Source: an uncultured Planctomycetia bacterium
GTDB lineage: Bacteria > Omnitrophota > Gorgyraeia > 2-01-FULL-45-10
Assembly (NCBI GenBank): GCA_964433975.1
Contig: CAYSSS010000003.1
Coordinates: 1-51,520 of the forward strand
DNA: 51,520 bases
Direction of reading: 5' to 3'
Made by a program: the position numbers and the translations under genes. The stretch's first letter is position 1; every line of letters begins with the position of its first letter. Shown piece by piece: positions 1 to 9,778 of the stretch. A model generated the notes under the pieces. It was given only the letters and a program-made list of their open reading frames with translations. It had not been told where the DNA came from and made no database searches.

Positions 1-1
1 C

Positions 2-439
2 GAGATAGTTATAACCGACTTGCATAATTACGGCATGCCGTTTATCCGTTATAAAATAGGTGATTTAGGTGTAGCTACGAATAAAGTATGCTCTTGTGGC
101 AGAGGCCTGCCCCTCATTGATAAAATCGAAGGCAGAGTTCTGGATATAATAAAAACCCCAGATGGGCGAATCATTCCTGGTGAATTTTTTCCACATCTGA
201 TGAAAGAATTCAATGAAGTGAAACAATTTCAGGTTGTCCAGGAATATGCAGACAAATTAGATATAAAGATTGTAAAGGAGAAAGATTTATCTGAGGCGAG
301 ATTAACCCTTATGAAAAACGAAATCCACAAAGTTCTTGGAAAAAAAATATTGGTTGGTATTGATTTTGTTAAAGACATACCGCTGACAAAAACAGGGAAG
401 CTTAGGGTAACATTTTCAAAAGTGTCTACTGACGTGTAA
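2..439 (+). CDS. CapK/PaaK-like adenylate-forming enzyme (phenylacetate-CoA ligase / coenzyme F390 synthetase family), C-terminal fragment; 5' end lies outside the window
   Basis: The frame is open from base 2 (EIVITDLHNYGMPFIRYKIGD...CSCGRGLPLIDKIEGR...). This pattern is typical of the C-terminal half of CapK/PaaK family enzymes common in capsule/EPS loci. The TTG at 20 is only the first start-like codon. Confidence 0.7.
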   Translation, partial: EIVITDLHNYGMPFIRYKIGDLGVATNKVCSCGRGLPLIDKIEGRVLDIIKTPDGRIIPGEFFPHLMKEFNEVKQFQVVQEYADKLDIKIVKEKDLSEARLTLMKNEIHKVLGKKILVGIDFVKDIPLTKTGKLRVTFSKVSTDV

Positions 440-443
440 AGGT

Positions 444-1619
444 GTGAATGAAGTGGATAAAAAAATTAATATAATGCATATAGTCTTCAGCTTAGAGTGT
501 GGTGGACTGGAGAAGGTGGCTATTGACTTGTCTGGAAAACTAAATGATGGCATATTCAATTCCTGCATATGCTGTATCGATGCATTCGGAGAGCTATCGG
601 ATGAAGCAAGGAAAAGAGAGGTAGAAGTTATTTTGGTAAAAAGAAAACCCGGCAAAGATATTATGTTGCCATTTAAGTTAGCGCATCTGGTCAAAGAGAA
701 AAGAATAGATTTAGTCCATACCCATAATATGGGACCACTTTTTTATGGAACATTGGCAAGTAAGCTGGCAGGGGTTCCTGTGATAATGAACACCCGTCAT
801 GGGCGCGAGAAAAAACGCGGAAATTCATATATATGGAATATGAACGATGCAGTTGTTGCAATCTCAGAGGATGCGAAAAAGGAAATGCTTAAATGTAACC
901 GCATAGATATTAAAAAAACTAAAGTAATTCATAATGGCATTGATACAGATAAGTATGCCTGCTTAGAAGATGGCTGCGAAGTTAGAAACGCGTTGAATAT
1001 TAACACTTCAACTTTTGTTGTTGGTACTGTAGCAAGGTTGTCCCCTGAAAAGGATCAGTTTACATTGATTGACGCGTTTTTAAAAGTAATCAATATAATG
1101 GATGATGCAAAACTAGTATTTGTCGGCGATGGGGCATTAAGAGAAGAGTTAATTAATTATGCGAAGAAGCTTGATGTTTACGATAAGATTATATTCTTAG
1201 GTTTTAGGGATAATGTCTTTAAGATTTTACCTACTTTTGATGTTTTTGCACTTTCTTCGCTCACGGAAGGGATTTCGCTGACATTACTGGAAGCCATGGC
1301 GATGAAGAGGCCGGTTGTGGTAACAAATGTCGGCGGTAACCCCGAGGTTGTGGTTGATGGAGTAACGGGCTTTTTAGTGCCGCCAAAAGAGCCAAAGGAG
1401 ATGGCAGGGGCTATCGCAGAGATTCTAAGGAACCCGGAATTATCTCAAAAAATGGGCGAGGCGGGGAGAAAGCGGGTTGAAGAAAAATTTAGTTTAGAAC
1501 TCATGGTAAAAGAATATAAAGATTTGTATAAAGAGTGTTTGGCGAGAAAGGGTATGGGATCAGCGTTAAATCCTAAGTATCATGAAAATATTGATAATCA
1601 CAAACTTATTTCCCAATAG
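444..1619 (+). CDS. Glycosyltransferase family 4 (GT-B fold)
   Basis: 391-aa ORF. N-terminal [15 protein letters not shown] and a C-terminal E-x7-E-like block ([33 protein letters not shown]). Start is uncertain (GTG 444 vs ATG 474). Confidence 0.85.
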   Translation: MNEVDKKINIMHIVFSLECGGLEKVAIDLSGKLNDGIFNSCICCIDAFGELSDEARKREVEVILVKRKPGKDIMLPFKLAHLVKEKRIDLVHTHNMGPLFYGTLASKLAGVPVIMNTRHGREKKRGNSYIWNMNDAVVAISEDAKKEMLKCNRIDIKKTKVIHNGIDTDKYACLEDGCEVRNALNINTSTFVVGTVARLSPEKDQFTLIDAFLKVINIMDDAKLVFVGDGALREELINYAKKLDVYDKIIFLGFRDNVFKILPTFDVFALSSLTEGISLTLLEAMAMKRPVVVTNVGGNPEVVVDGVTGFLVPPKEPKEMAGAIAEILRNPELSQKMGEAGRKRVEEKFSLELMVKEYKDLYKECLARKGMGSALNPKYHENIDNHKLISQ

Positions 1620-2808
1620 CATCGAATCGACAAGAGGGATGTTTAATTTTCAGCAATTTAAAGCGCTGGCAAGTTTACCCAGTGTTGAGATTAAAGTTAT
1701 CGCTCCCGTGCCGTGGTTCCCCAGATTGAAGATAAAAAAGGAGTGGTATAGTTTTTCACTTATCCCTAAAAAAGAGACGATATCAGGTTTTGAGGTATAT
1801 CATCCGCGATATGTTGTTATCCCGAAGATATTACGGTTACTCGATGGCTTCGCGTTCTTTTTAGGGATTATGCGAACGGTTAAAGAAGTACAAAAAAAAT
1901 TCTCATTTGAGTGCATTCTGGTGACATGGGCGTATCCTGATGGATTTGGTAGTTTTTTAGCCGCCAAAGTACTTAAGAAACCGGTTATTATAAAAGTGCA
2001 TGGCTCTGATATAAATGTGCATACAAAATCCATGCTTCGTAAAAAAATGATATCTTATGCCCTAAGAAATAGTGATAAGGTTATAGCGGTAAGTAGTGCA
2101 CTAAAGGATCGGATGGTCAGGATCTGCGTGCCATCTGAAAAAATAGTAGTTATACCCAACGGGGTGAATACCGGTCTATTTAAGCCTATGGATCAGACGG
2201 AATGCCGCAGAAAGCTCGAGTTGTCTCTCGATAAGAAGATAGTCTTGTTCGTGGGAAATTTAGTTAAAATCAAAGGAGTGGAGACGTTAGTTAACGCGTT
2301 TGCGGGTTTACGGGTTAGCGGGTTGCTTGTTTTAGTGGGTAATGGACCGCTTGAAGGGACGCTTCGCGCAAAAGTCAAAGAGTTGGGAATGGAAGATCGG
2401 GTAATTTTCGCAGGACGCAAAGCACACGGCGAAATACGGTACTATATGAATGCATGCGACATATTTTGTTTACCCAGCCGCAATGAAGGATGTCCGAATG
2501 TATTGATCGAGGCCGTATCGTGCGGAAAGTACGTTGTTGCGACTAGGGTGGGAGGTATACCGGAGATAATAGAATCGGACAGGACAGGTATAATGGTCGA
2601 ACCCGATAGACCGACACAGCTGGCGGAAGCGATCAATAAGAGCCTTGAAATATCGCGCATTCCGGGAAGGACATCTTCAGAGAGAAGATCATATACGTGG
2701 AAGCAGAGTGCGGAGATGCTCAGCGAGGTATTGAATAATCTACCAAGTGAAAAAATAGACCGAACGGGGGGATTTGAGTTTGCGACTGTTGAGGAAATGC
2801 TGAAATGA
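1582..2808 (+). CDS. Glycosyltransferase family 4
   Basis: 408-aa ORF starting [12 protein letters not shown]-terminal block PSRNEGCPNVLIEAVSCGKYVVATRVGGIPEII. Overlaps the upstream gene by 38 nt. Confidence 0.85.
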   Translation: MKILIITNLFPNSIESTRGMFNFQQFKALASLPSVEIKVIAPVPWFPRLKIKKEWYSFSLIPKKETISGFEVYHPRYVVIPKILRLLDGFAFFLGIMRTVKEVQKKFSFECILVTWAYPDGFGSFLAAKVLKKPVIIKVHGSDINVHTKSMLRKKMISYALRNSDKVIAVSSALKDRMVRICVPSEKIVVIPNGVNTGLFKPMDQTECRRKLELSLDKKIVLFVGNLVKIKGVETLVNAFAGLRVSGLLVLVGNGPLEGTLRAKVKELGMEDRVIFAGRKAHGEIRYYMNACDIFCLPSRNEGCPNVLIEAVSCGKYVVATRVGGIPEIIESDRTGIMVEPDRPTQLAEAINKSLEISRIPGRTSSERRSYTWKQSAEMLSEVLNNLPSEKIDRTGGFEFATVEEMLK

Positions 2809-3995
2809 ACATACTTTACCATCATAGAACGCAGGGCAAGTGGGCCGAAGGAGTTCATATACGCGAGATAACGAAGTCTTTTAGCTCGCTCGGGCATAAT
2901 GTGACCATAGTTTCGCCACCCGGCATAGAGATATATGATGACGAAGTAAGCGGCAGAAGCGGAAGGAAGGGCGTTATTAAAAATATATGGAGCGCGGTGA
3001 GCAGATCTTTACCGCAGTTTATATTTGAAATATCCGAATTATTGTACAACCTATATGCATCTAGCGAAATAGACAGCGTATTGTCGAAAAGCCGAATTGA
3101 TCTTATTTACGAGAGATACGCGTTCTTTTGTACTGCCGGCGTAAAAGCCGCCAAAAAGAGAAGAATTCCTTTTTTTCTCGAGGTCAATGAGGTAAGCGGC
3201 ATAGAAAGACAAAGAGGCCAGGCCATGGTAAGGCTGGCAGGCAGAATAGAGAGATCCGTTTTCGCCGATTGTGACGCCATATTTACAGTGTCAAACTTTT
3301 TAAAGAAAGAGATTCATAAAAGAGGCGTGCCGGAAAGCAAGATATTCGTCTTGCCGAATGCGATAAATGAAAATGACTTTAAAAAGCCCATAAAGAATCC
3401 TGAGATACCCGAAGCTGCGCGCGATAAGACAGTAATAACCTTCGTTGGCCATTTTTCCAAATGGGATAATCTTGACCTGTTTCTTGAGACTTACGCCAAA
3501 CTACTTTATGAGAAGAAAGATATATTTCTCTTTATTGTAGGAGATGGAGAGCTCAGGGCAGATCTGGAAAAGAAGGCGCGCGAGCTTAGAATCGACAAGG
3601 ACATACGTTTTTTCGGAAAGGTACCTCACTCAGAGATTATGTGTATATTAGGTGGCTCCGACATATGTGTAATACCACATTCCAATCCGTTCGGATCTCC
3701 TATAGTGCTTTTTGAGTATATGGCAATGGGTAAGCCTGTAGTGGCTCCGCGCCTTGGCCCGATTGAAGATGTGATAACTGATGGCCATAATGGTGTCATG
3801 TTCGAGCCCGGTAATAAGGATTCGTTACAGAAAGCGCTTGCCGATCTGATTCAGTACCCCAAGAAACGCGAAGCTATCGGAAGAGAAGCGTTGAAAACAG
3901 TGCAGGAAAAGCATACATGGGAAAAGAATGCCCGGAAGATAATTGAGATTGTTTCGGTCTCTTCGTGCCCTCACAATGACGATGGGGATAAATAA
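2805..3995 (+). CDS. Glycosyltransferase family 4
   Basis: 396-aa ORF with an ATGA start/stop overlap with the upstream gene. Block HSNPFGSPIVLFEYMAMGKPVVAPRLGPIEDVITDGHNG. Confidence 0.85.
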   Translation: MNILYHHRTQGKWAEGVHIREITKSFSSLGHNVTIVSPPGIEIYDDEVSGRSGRKGVIKNIWSAVSRSLPQFIFEISELLYNLYASSEIDSVLSKSRIDLIYERYAFFCTAGVKAAKKRRIPFFLEVNEVSGIERQRGQAMVRLAGRIERSVFADCDAIFTVSNFLKKEIHKRGVPESKIFVLPNAINENDFKKPIKNPEIPEAARDKTVITFVGHFSKWDNLDLFLETYAKLLYEKKDIFLFIVGDGELRADLEKKARELRIDKDIRFFGKVPHSEIMCILGGSDICVIPHSNPFGSPIVLFEYMAMGKPVVAPRLGPIEDVITDGHNGVMFEPGNKDSLQKALADLIQYPKKREAIGREALKTVQEKHTWEKNARKIIEIVSVSSCPHNDDGDK

Positions 3996-3998
3996 GGT

Positions 3999-5150
3999 AT
4001 GATTAAATCTATATTCTGGGTTTTAATAGTCTTGATTTTCTATACATATCTTGGCTATCCTTTGATACTTTGGATATTGACTATTTTTTTTTCTAGACCT
4101 ATTAAGAAAGAAAATATCACCCCATCGGTGAGTTTGATAATCTCTGCTTATAATGAAGAGAAATTCATAGAACAAAAGATTAGAAATTGTTTAGAATTAG
4201 ACTATCCAAAAGATAAACTAGAGATAATTATCGCTTCAGATTGCTCGTCGGATAAAACTGATGAAATCGCAGCCTGCTATAAAGATAAAGGAATAAAGCT
4301 TATACGCTTGGATAATAGGGGAGGGAAAACCGCTGTTCAAAATAGGGCATCCGAAGCGGCTGATGGGGAGATATTGATCTTTTCAGACGCGAACTCAATG
4401 TATCAAACGGACGCGATAAGAAATATTGTAAAGGGATTTGCTGATGCATCTGTTGGATGCGTGGGAGGCAAATTTATATATCAGAAACCTAAAGGATCTT
4501 CTTTTGGGGAGGAAAAAAGATTGCTTGGAAAATTCGAGCAGGCCGTCAGAAAAAATGAGGACGACATAACTACGCAAATTGGTGTTAGGGGAGGTTTTTA
4601 CGCTGTAAGGAGTAGTTTATATAGCGCCCTGGAGGTAGATCTGGTAAGCGATTTTGGGCTTCCTTTGAGGGTAATAAAAAAAGGATTCAGAGTAATTTAT
4701 GAACCGAATGCCGTAGCTTATGAAGAGACTGTTTCATCTATAGGGGAAGAGTTTAAAAGAAAAGTCAGGACTATTAGCCAGGGGTGGCCGGTATTATTTA
4801 ATAAGAGATTTGAGTTGAGCTCTTTATTGAATCCGTTTAAGTATGGTTTTATTTCGCTCCAGTTGTTTTCTCATAAGGTACTGAAGTGGGTAGCGCCTGT
4901 TTTTTTGGTAGCACTTTTAGTAATTAATACATGTTTATTTCCCATGGGATACATTTATAAAATTTGTATGGAAATGCAGGTTATTTTTTATATTTTAGCT
5001 GTTACTGGAGCTATGTTGAGAAATAAAAAAAGAAAATTCAAAGTGTTTTATTTGCCATTTTATTTTTGTTTAATGAATCTTGCAGCAATAGTAGGATTTT
5101 GGCAGTTTGCCCATGGTAACGTAAAAGTAGTATGGAATCCCAGACAGTGA
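3999..5150 (+). CDS. Glycosyltransferase family 2, membrane-embedded (N-terminal TM plus C-terminal TM helices)
   Basis: 383 aa. Contains SLIISAYNEE, ASDCSSDKT and IFSDANS (DxD-like) motifs followed by hydrophobic C-terminal helices. Visibly AT-rich. Confidence 0.8.
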   Translation: MIKSIFWVLIVLIFYTYLGYPLILWILTIFFSRPIKKENITPSVSLIISAYNEEKFIEQKIRNCLELDYPKDKLEIIIASDCSSDKTDEIAACYKDKGIKLIRLDNRGGKTAVQNRASEAADGEILIFSDANSMYQTDAIRNIVKGFADASVGCVGGKFIYQKPKGSSFGEEKRLLGKFEQAVRKNEDDITTQIGVRGGFYAVRSSLYSALEVDLVSDFGLPLRVIKKGFRVIYEPNAVAYEETVSSIGEEFKRKVRTISQGWPVLFNKRFELSSLLNPFKYGFISLQLFSHKVLKWVAPVFLVALLVINTCLFPMGYIYKICMEMQVIFYILAVTGAMLRNKKRKFKVFYLPFYFCLMNLAAIVGFWQFAHGNVKVVWNPRQ

Positions 5151-5164
5151 ACGTGAGGTAAAAA

Positions 5165-5692
5165 ATGAAAAAAGAAAATAACCGCTATTTTTTGGAAGTT
5201 TTAAGGTATGGATTCGGTTTAAAGGCACTTAAATCAATGATTCAAAAATACGCCTGGTATGTACATGATCATATAGTGCCCTTAGCACAGATGGAACTTA
5301 AAGATAATATAAGAATACACCCAACCGCATCATTACGCTGTGGTAAGAGCATATTTTTAGGAAAAAACTCTCATATCAACCAGTATTGTTGTATTTGGGC
5401 AAGCCCTAATTCAAAGATCGTATTGGGTGATAACCTGTTAATGGGGCCTGGCGTCAAAATTTTTTCTTCAAACCATGGTCACTTAAAGGATAGTCTCATA
5501 AATTCCCAGGAATGGGTAGAAAAGAACGTAGTCATAGGTAATGATGTTTGGTTAGGTGCAAATGTAGTAGTTATGCCCGGAGTAAAAATCGGAGACGGCG
5601 CTATAATTGCCGCAGGAGCTGTAGTGACTAAAGAAATCCCTTCGTATTCCATTGCCGCGGGAGTTCCGGCCCAAGTAATAAAGTTAAGGTAA
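5165..5692 (+). CDS. Hexapeptide-repeat (left-handed beta-helix) O-acetyltransferase
   Basis: 175 aa. GAGG RBS upstream. Hexapeptide repeats [32 protein letters not shown], typical of the WbbJ/Maa-type acetyltransferase tail. Confidence 0.8.
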   Translation: MKKENNRYFLEVLRYGFGLKALKSMIQKYAWYVHDHIVPLAQMELKDNIRIHPTASLRCGKSIFLGKNSHINQYCCIWASPNSKIVLGDNLLMGPGVKIFSSNHGHLKDSLINSQEWVEKNVVIGNDVWLGANVVVMPGVKIGDGAIIAAGAVVTKEIPSYSIAAGVPAQVIKLR

Positions 5693-5696
5693 AAAG

Positions 5697-6848
5697 ATGC
5701 TAAAAAATGTACATATTTGGATTCCAGGTTATATTAAGCAGGCCTTAAAGCCTAAAAGCGGTTTAGCCGCAAAGCGGCCGACACATATTATATTTTGCAT
5801 TGCTGACCATTTTGAGCCGAGGAGGGGGAAGGTGGCAATAGAAAAAGAGCTCGAGCGCGTGGATAAGTGGCTATCGAAATATGAGCCATTAGCTGAACGC
5901 CACTGGGCCGGGGACGGTAAGATACTGCAGTATACGTTCTTTTACCCGATAGATGAGCATACTCCGGAGGTTTTTGAAAAAATATCCCGGTTCTGTGAAA
6001 AAGGTTTCGGAGAGATAGAAGTGCACTTGCATCACGATAATGACACGGAGGCCTCTCTTCGTAAAAAACTTGAGCATGCTAAGGATATCTTCGGTAAACG
6101 TCATTACGGATTTGTACATGGCAACTGGTCTTTGGGCAATTCCAGAAAAGACGGAAAGTGGTGTGGCGTTAATAACGAGCTTGCGGTATTAAAAGAGACC
6201 GGCTGCTACGCAGATTTCACCCTGCCGTCCGCTCCGTCCGAAACGCAGACGCGGAAGATAAACAGCATCTACTACGCGAAAGATACCGGAGCTCCAAAGC
6301 CTCATGATTTTGGTATCGATGTTGAAGTCGGTAAGACACCATTTGATGGCCTTATGTTGATCCAGGGGACTCTATCGTTAAACTGGAAGAGTCGAAAGTT
6401 TGGAGTTATCCCGAAGATCGAAAATAGCGAAATATCTTTTAATAATCCACCTACAGCTGAGCGCATAGATTTATGGATAAAGCAGGGTGTAGGCGTAAAG
6501 GGTAAGCTGGACTGGGTTTTTGTTAAGGTACATACGCATGGGGCGCAGGATGACAATTTAAAAGATGATTATTTTAAAAACCTTGAGGCGATGTTCGATT
6601 GTTTAGAGAAAAAATATGATGACGGTATAAATTTCAAGCTTCATTATGTGACAGCAAGAGAGATGTATAATATCGTAAAGGCTGCCGAAGCGGGCGAGAG
6701 TGGAGATCCGGAAGAATACAGAAACTATTTGATCGTTTCTAATGCTAAAAAAGAGAATGCTTCGGCCCCTTCGGGGCCTAGCAATGACGGATTAACCCCT
6801 TCGGGTACAGTCCCTATTTTTCCTCGAGATGACGAATATGAAAAATAA
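5697..6848 (+). CDS. Uncharacterised protein with His/Asp-rich putative metal-binding motifs (possible polysaccharide deacetylase-like hydrolase)
   Basis: 383-aa ORF tightly packed in the EPS operon. Motifs CIADHFEP, EVHLHHDNDT, GFVHGNW and VKVHTHGAQ. The last ~30 codons read through a hairpin repeat (6755-6790). The function is inferred only. Confidence 0.6.
   Translation: MLKNVHIWIPGYIKQALKPKSGLAAKRPTHIIFCIADHFEPRRGKVAIEKELERVDKWLSKYEPLAERHWAGDGKILQYTFFYPIDEHTPEVFEKISRFCEKGFGEIEVHLHHDNDTEASLRKKLEHAKDIFGKRHYGFVHGNWSLGNSRKDGKWCGVNNELAVLKETGCYADFTLPSAPSETQTRKINSIYYAKDTGAPKPHDFGIDVEVGKTPFDGLMLIQGTLSLNWKSRKFGVIPKIENSEISFNNPPTAERIDLWIKQGVGVKGKLDWVFVKVHTHGAQDDNLKDDYFKNLEAMFDCLEKKYDDGINFKLHYVTAREMYNIVKAAEAGESGDPEEYRNYLIVSNAKKENASAPSGPSNDGLTPSGTVPIFPRDDEYEK
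6755..6790 (+). repeat. Hairpin repeat family, copy a (GAATGCTTCG-GCCCC-TTCG-GGGCC-TAGCAATGACGG)
   Basis: Conserved flanks with a self-complementary core. Lies inside the 3' end of ORF 5697-6848. Confidence 0.7.
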
Positions 6849-8916
6849 AATCATAATATTTGTAATAACATTGATAGCGCTTGGATTTGTGGTGGGATGC
6901 GCTAAGGTGGGTTCGGGGCGGCTTAGTGGCAAACCCGGCCAGCTTTCAAATTTTGAAAATATCAAAATTTGGGATATATCGCCTGAGACCGGATTCGATA
7001 TAAAGCTTTCAGGGGAGTATGTTACAGAGGGGGCGCATTCGCTTAAGGTAGTCTATCCCGTAGGCGGCCTGCCCAGCATCAATACAAAGAAGCTCCCGCG
7101 TGAATGGGGAGAGTATGACTCTTTTGCCTTCGATGTATTCAACCCCCAGGGTAGAGATATAGATTTTGTAGTCCGCCTTGACGATAAATACAAAAAGAGA
7201 GTGAATATCCCGTATATATTGAAGCCTGGGATGAATAATGTGAGTATATCGAAAGGTCTGATTGGCCGCTCAATAAACGCTTCTGAAATATACAGGGTAG
7301 TCCTGTATATAAAAGAGCCAAGGGAACGAGTTACCCTGTATTTTGATAACATGAGACTTGTTGGCATGAAAGATGGCGTTCGTGAGGGTAGTGCCGGAAC
7401 AGTGCAGCAACTCGTGCTTGCAGAATCCCAGGAGATGATAACGAAAGAGACATTTGCTCCCATTGTAATAGAGAGCTTACTGCCTATTAGAGGTTCAATA
7501 AAGGTAAATGCCGCCAGGATAAATGGCCCAATTTCGAAACAAAGGCTTTTTGTCTCAAATGGAGTGCCGTTCTGTCCGGGACAGCTTAAGGATGAGAAGA
7601 ATTTCGCCGTGTTCAACGCGGAAGGTAAAGAGATTCCTATTGCCATGAAGGTTTTGGCGAGATGGCCTCAGGATGGATCGATAAGGTCGCTTCTTGTTCA
7701 GTTCGAGGCCGAAATTCCGCATAAGTATAAGCAGCTTTATATGAGGTGGGGAGAGTCGGGAACCCTGAATGATCAAAAGCCGAAAGACGTTACATGGATA
7801 CTACCTGAAGCAATCCTGCTTCTTCCTCCAGAGTGGTTATCGGCGTCGATGGTTACGGACGAACAGATCCCGTTTGGCAAACAACCTTTTCCTAAATATG
7901 ACGATAATATTGCAAAGGTATACACTAAATTAAAGACTATCAAGTGGACTGATAATGTGGGCAAGGATGGCTATTATGATACGCCGCATGTCTTCTATCA
8001 GATCTTCTCGAGAAGCGGGAATGATGACTATTTTAGATTCGCGCGTAGTGAAGCTGTTCATTATCGTGATGACCAGCTCATCCAGGATGGTCTGGAGAAA
8101 GGCAGAGCATTAGTTTCTTCTAAGACTCGCTATGTATACGTACAGGCGCTCATGGATGATTACCTTTTGACGGGAGACGAGAGGTCACTCAATATGGCAG
8201 GAGCTATGGCAAGATTTCTTATGAAAAGCTTTCCTCCTGAAAAAGGCTTCTATGCCAAAAACGATTCTAAATTTTGGACAGAGAGAGAGGCAGCTTTTCC
8301 GCTTCTGGGCGCTATGAGTTATTATGAGCTCACGGGTGATAAGGAGTGCCTTGAGTATTCCAGTAAACTCGTGCAGAATCTCTATAAGACGCAATACCAG
8401 TGGCCCGGCCGCGGAGGATTCATCCATAACCTTTATTCACATGATACGGAGGAGGGCGCAAGGAAAGATGAGTATGGTGGTTCGCCCTTTATGACAGGCT
8501 TGCTCCTCGAAGGAATAGTAAAATACCATCGTCTTACAAATAGTAATATCGCAAAAGACTCTATATTCAGGGCGCTTGATTGGATCATGAATGAAGGCAT
8601 CTCCTCGGATGGGGACTCCATTAATTATCTGACATGCGATGCGAGGCGATATGAGGGCGTCCCCGATCTTAACTTGCTCGTTGTGCATGCGTTCGGATAT
8701 GGATATATGATAAGCGGCGGTGAGAGGAAGGATTTTCTGAATATGGGCAACAAACTATTCGAGCGCGGTGTAAATAGCGCTTATCTCGGGACGCGCAAGC
8801 ACTTTAATCAAAATTACCGTTCAAGCGGACATTTCTTAAGCTATATAGTGCCTACAAAAGAAAAAGAGATTGCTTCGCCCGCCACCTTCGGTGGCGAGGC
8901 TCGCAATGACGGGTAA
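6838..8916 (+). CDS. Lipoprotein with an N-terminal CBM-like beta-sandwich and a C-terminal alpha-helical domain; putative EPS-processing glycanase/lyase
   Basis: Lipoprotein signal peptide MKNKIIIFVITLIALGFVVGC. N-terminal domain ends ...TLYFDNMRLV, as CBM11-like modules do. The C-terminal region is rich in helical repeats. The last codons (KEIASPATFGGEARNDG) are encoded by a repeat copy. ATG 6838 is preferred over ATG 6829. Confidence 0.6.
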   Translation: MKNKIIIFVITLIALGFVVGCAKVGSGRLSGKPGQLSNFENIKIWDISPETGFDIKLSGEYVTEGAHSLKVVYPVGGLPSINTKKLPREWGEYDSFAFDVFNPQGRDIDFVVRLDDKYKKRVNIPYILKPGMNNVSISKGLIGRSINASEIYRVVLYIKEPRERVTLYFDNMRLVGMKDGVREGSAGTVQQLVLAESQEMITKETFAPIVIESLLPIRGSIKVNAARINGPISKQRLFVSNGVPFCPGQLKDEKNFAVFNAEGKEIPIAMKVLARWPQDGSIRSLLVQFEAEIPHKYKQLYMRWGESGTLNDQKPKDVTWILPEAILLLPPEWLSASMVTDEQIPFGKQPFPKYDDNIAKVYTKLKTIKWTDNVGKDGYYDTPHVFYQIFSRSGNDDYFRFARSEAVHYRDDQLIQDGLEKGRALVSSKTRYVYVQALMDDYLLTGDERSLNMAGAMARFLMKSFPPEKGFYAKNDSKFWTEREAAFPLLGAMSYYELTGDKECLEYSSKLVQNLYKTQYQWPGRGGFIHNLYSHDTEEGARKDEYGGSPFMTGLLLEGIVKYHRLTNSNIAKDSIFRALDWIMNEGISSDGDSINYLTCDARRYEGVPDLNLLVVHAFGYGYMISGGERKDFLNMGNKLFERGVNSAYLGTRKHFNQNYRSSGHFLSYIVPTKEKEIASPATFGGEARNDG
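8868..8912 (+). repeat. Hairpin repeat family, copy b (GATTGCTTCG..GCCACC-TTCG-GTGGC..CTCGCAATGACGG)
   Basis: Same flanks as the other copies, with a different but still self-complementary core. Spans the 3' end of ORF 6838-8916. Confidence 0.8.
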
Positions 8917-8917
8917 A

Positions 8918-9778
8918 ATGAAAATGCAAAACATACTAACCATTGATGTTGAGGATTATTTCCAGGTGGAAAATTTGAAAGAAACAGTAAAGTACTCTGA
9001 TTGGGAAAAGTATGAGTGTAGGGTAATAAAGAACACAGATAAAGTATTGGATATTTTAGATAGATACAGTACAAAAGCAACGTTCTTTGTATTAGGATGG
9101 CTTGCCGAGCGGTATCCGGAGCTTGTAAAAAAAATAGACGGCGCGGGGCATGAGATAGCCAGTCATGGTTACGCACATAATCTGATATATGAGCAGAGCC
9201 AGGAAGATTTTAGAGCTGACCTGAGGAGATCAAAGACGATTCTGGAAAATATAATAAAACATCCGATTGTAGGCTATCGTGCGCCGAGTTATTCAATAAC
9301 GAAAAAATCTGTATGGGCGCTAGATATATTAATGGATGAAGGCTTCGAATATGATTCAAGCCTCTTTCCTATATACCATGATCTAGGAGGACTGCCCGAT
9401 GCGAAAAGATATCCAAACGAAATACGCAACAATAGACACAGTATTATCGAAATACCTATATCTACGGTAAAGATAGTAGGCAAAAATATTCCTTTTTCCG
9501 GAGGAGGGTATTTAAGACTGCTGCCCTACAGACTTATAAGATGGGCCGCAAAACAGGTTAACAGAGAAGGATATCCTGTTGTAATATATCTTCATCCATG
9601 GGAATTCGATAAGGATCAGCCCAGGATAAAGACAGGGAGGATTAAGAGCTTTCGCCATTATGTTAATCTCCATAAGACAGTAGAGAAGTTTAAGAAACTT
9701 TTAAACGATTTTAAATTCACCTCAATAAAGGATTTTCTGAAAAACCAGAGACCGGAGACCCTGTATGAAAAAAATTAA
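8918..9778 (+). CDS. Polysaccharide deacetylase, PEP-CTERM/XrtA-locus subfamily (TIGR03006-like)
   Basis: Starts MKMQNILTIDVEDYFQVENL, which is characteristic of this subfamily. Also GHEIASHGYAH and YRAPSYS. ATG 8918 follows the upstream stop (8914-8916). The longer 8870 start would translate the repeat element. Confidence 0.85.
   Translation: MKMQNILTIDVEDYFQVENLKETVKYSDWEKYECRVIKNTDKVLDILDRYSTKATFFVLGWLAERYPELVKKIDGAGHEIASHGYAHNLIYEQSQEDFRADLRRSKTILENIIKHPIVGYRAPSYSITKKSVWALDILMDEGFEYDSSLFPIYHDLGGLPDAKRYPNEIRNNRHSIIEIPISTVKIVGKNIPFSGGGYLRLLPYRLIRWAAKQVNREGYPVVIYLHPWEFDKDQPRIKTGRIKSFRHYVNLHKTVEKFKKLLNDFKFTSIKDFLKNQRPETLYEKN

Noticed and set aside
8870-8917. N-terminal extensions of the deacetylase (start 8870), the radical SAM gene (start 31765), DUF1846 (start 47075), TMEM175 (start 28772) and gdhA (start 50282)
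   Set aside because: The extensions either translate a hairpin repeat or overlap the upstream gene. In each case an internal ATG with an SD or an ATGA/stop-adjacent position gives the family-typical N-terminus.
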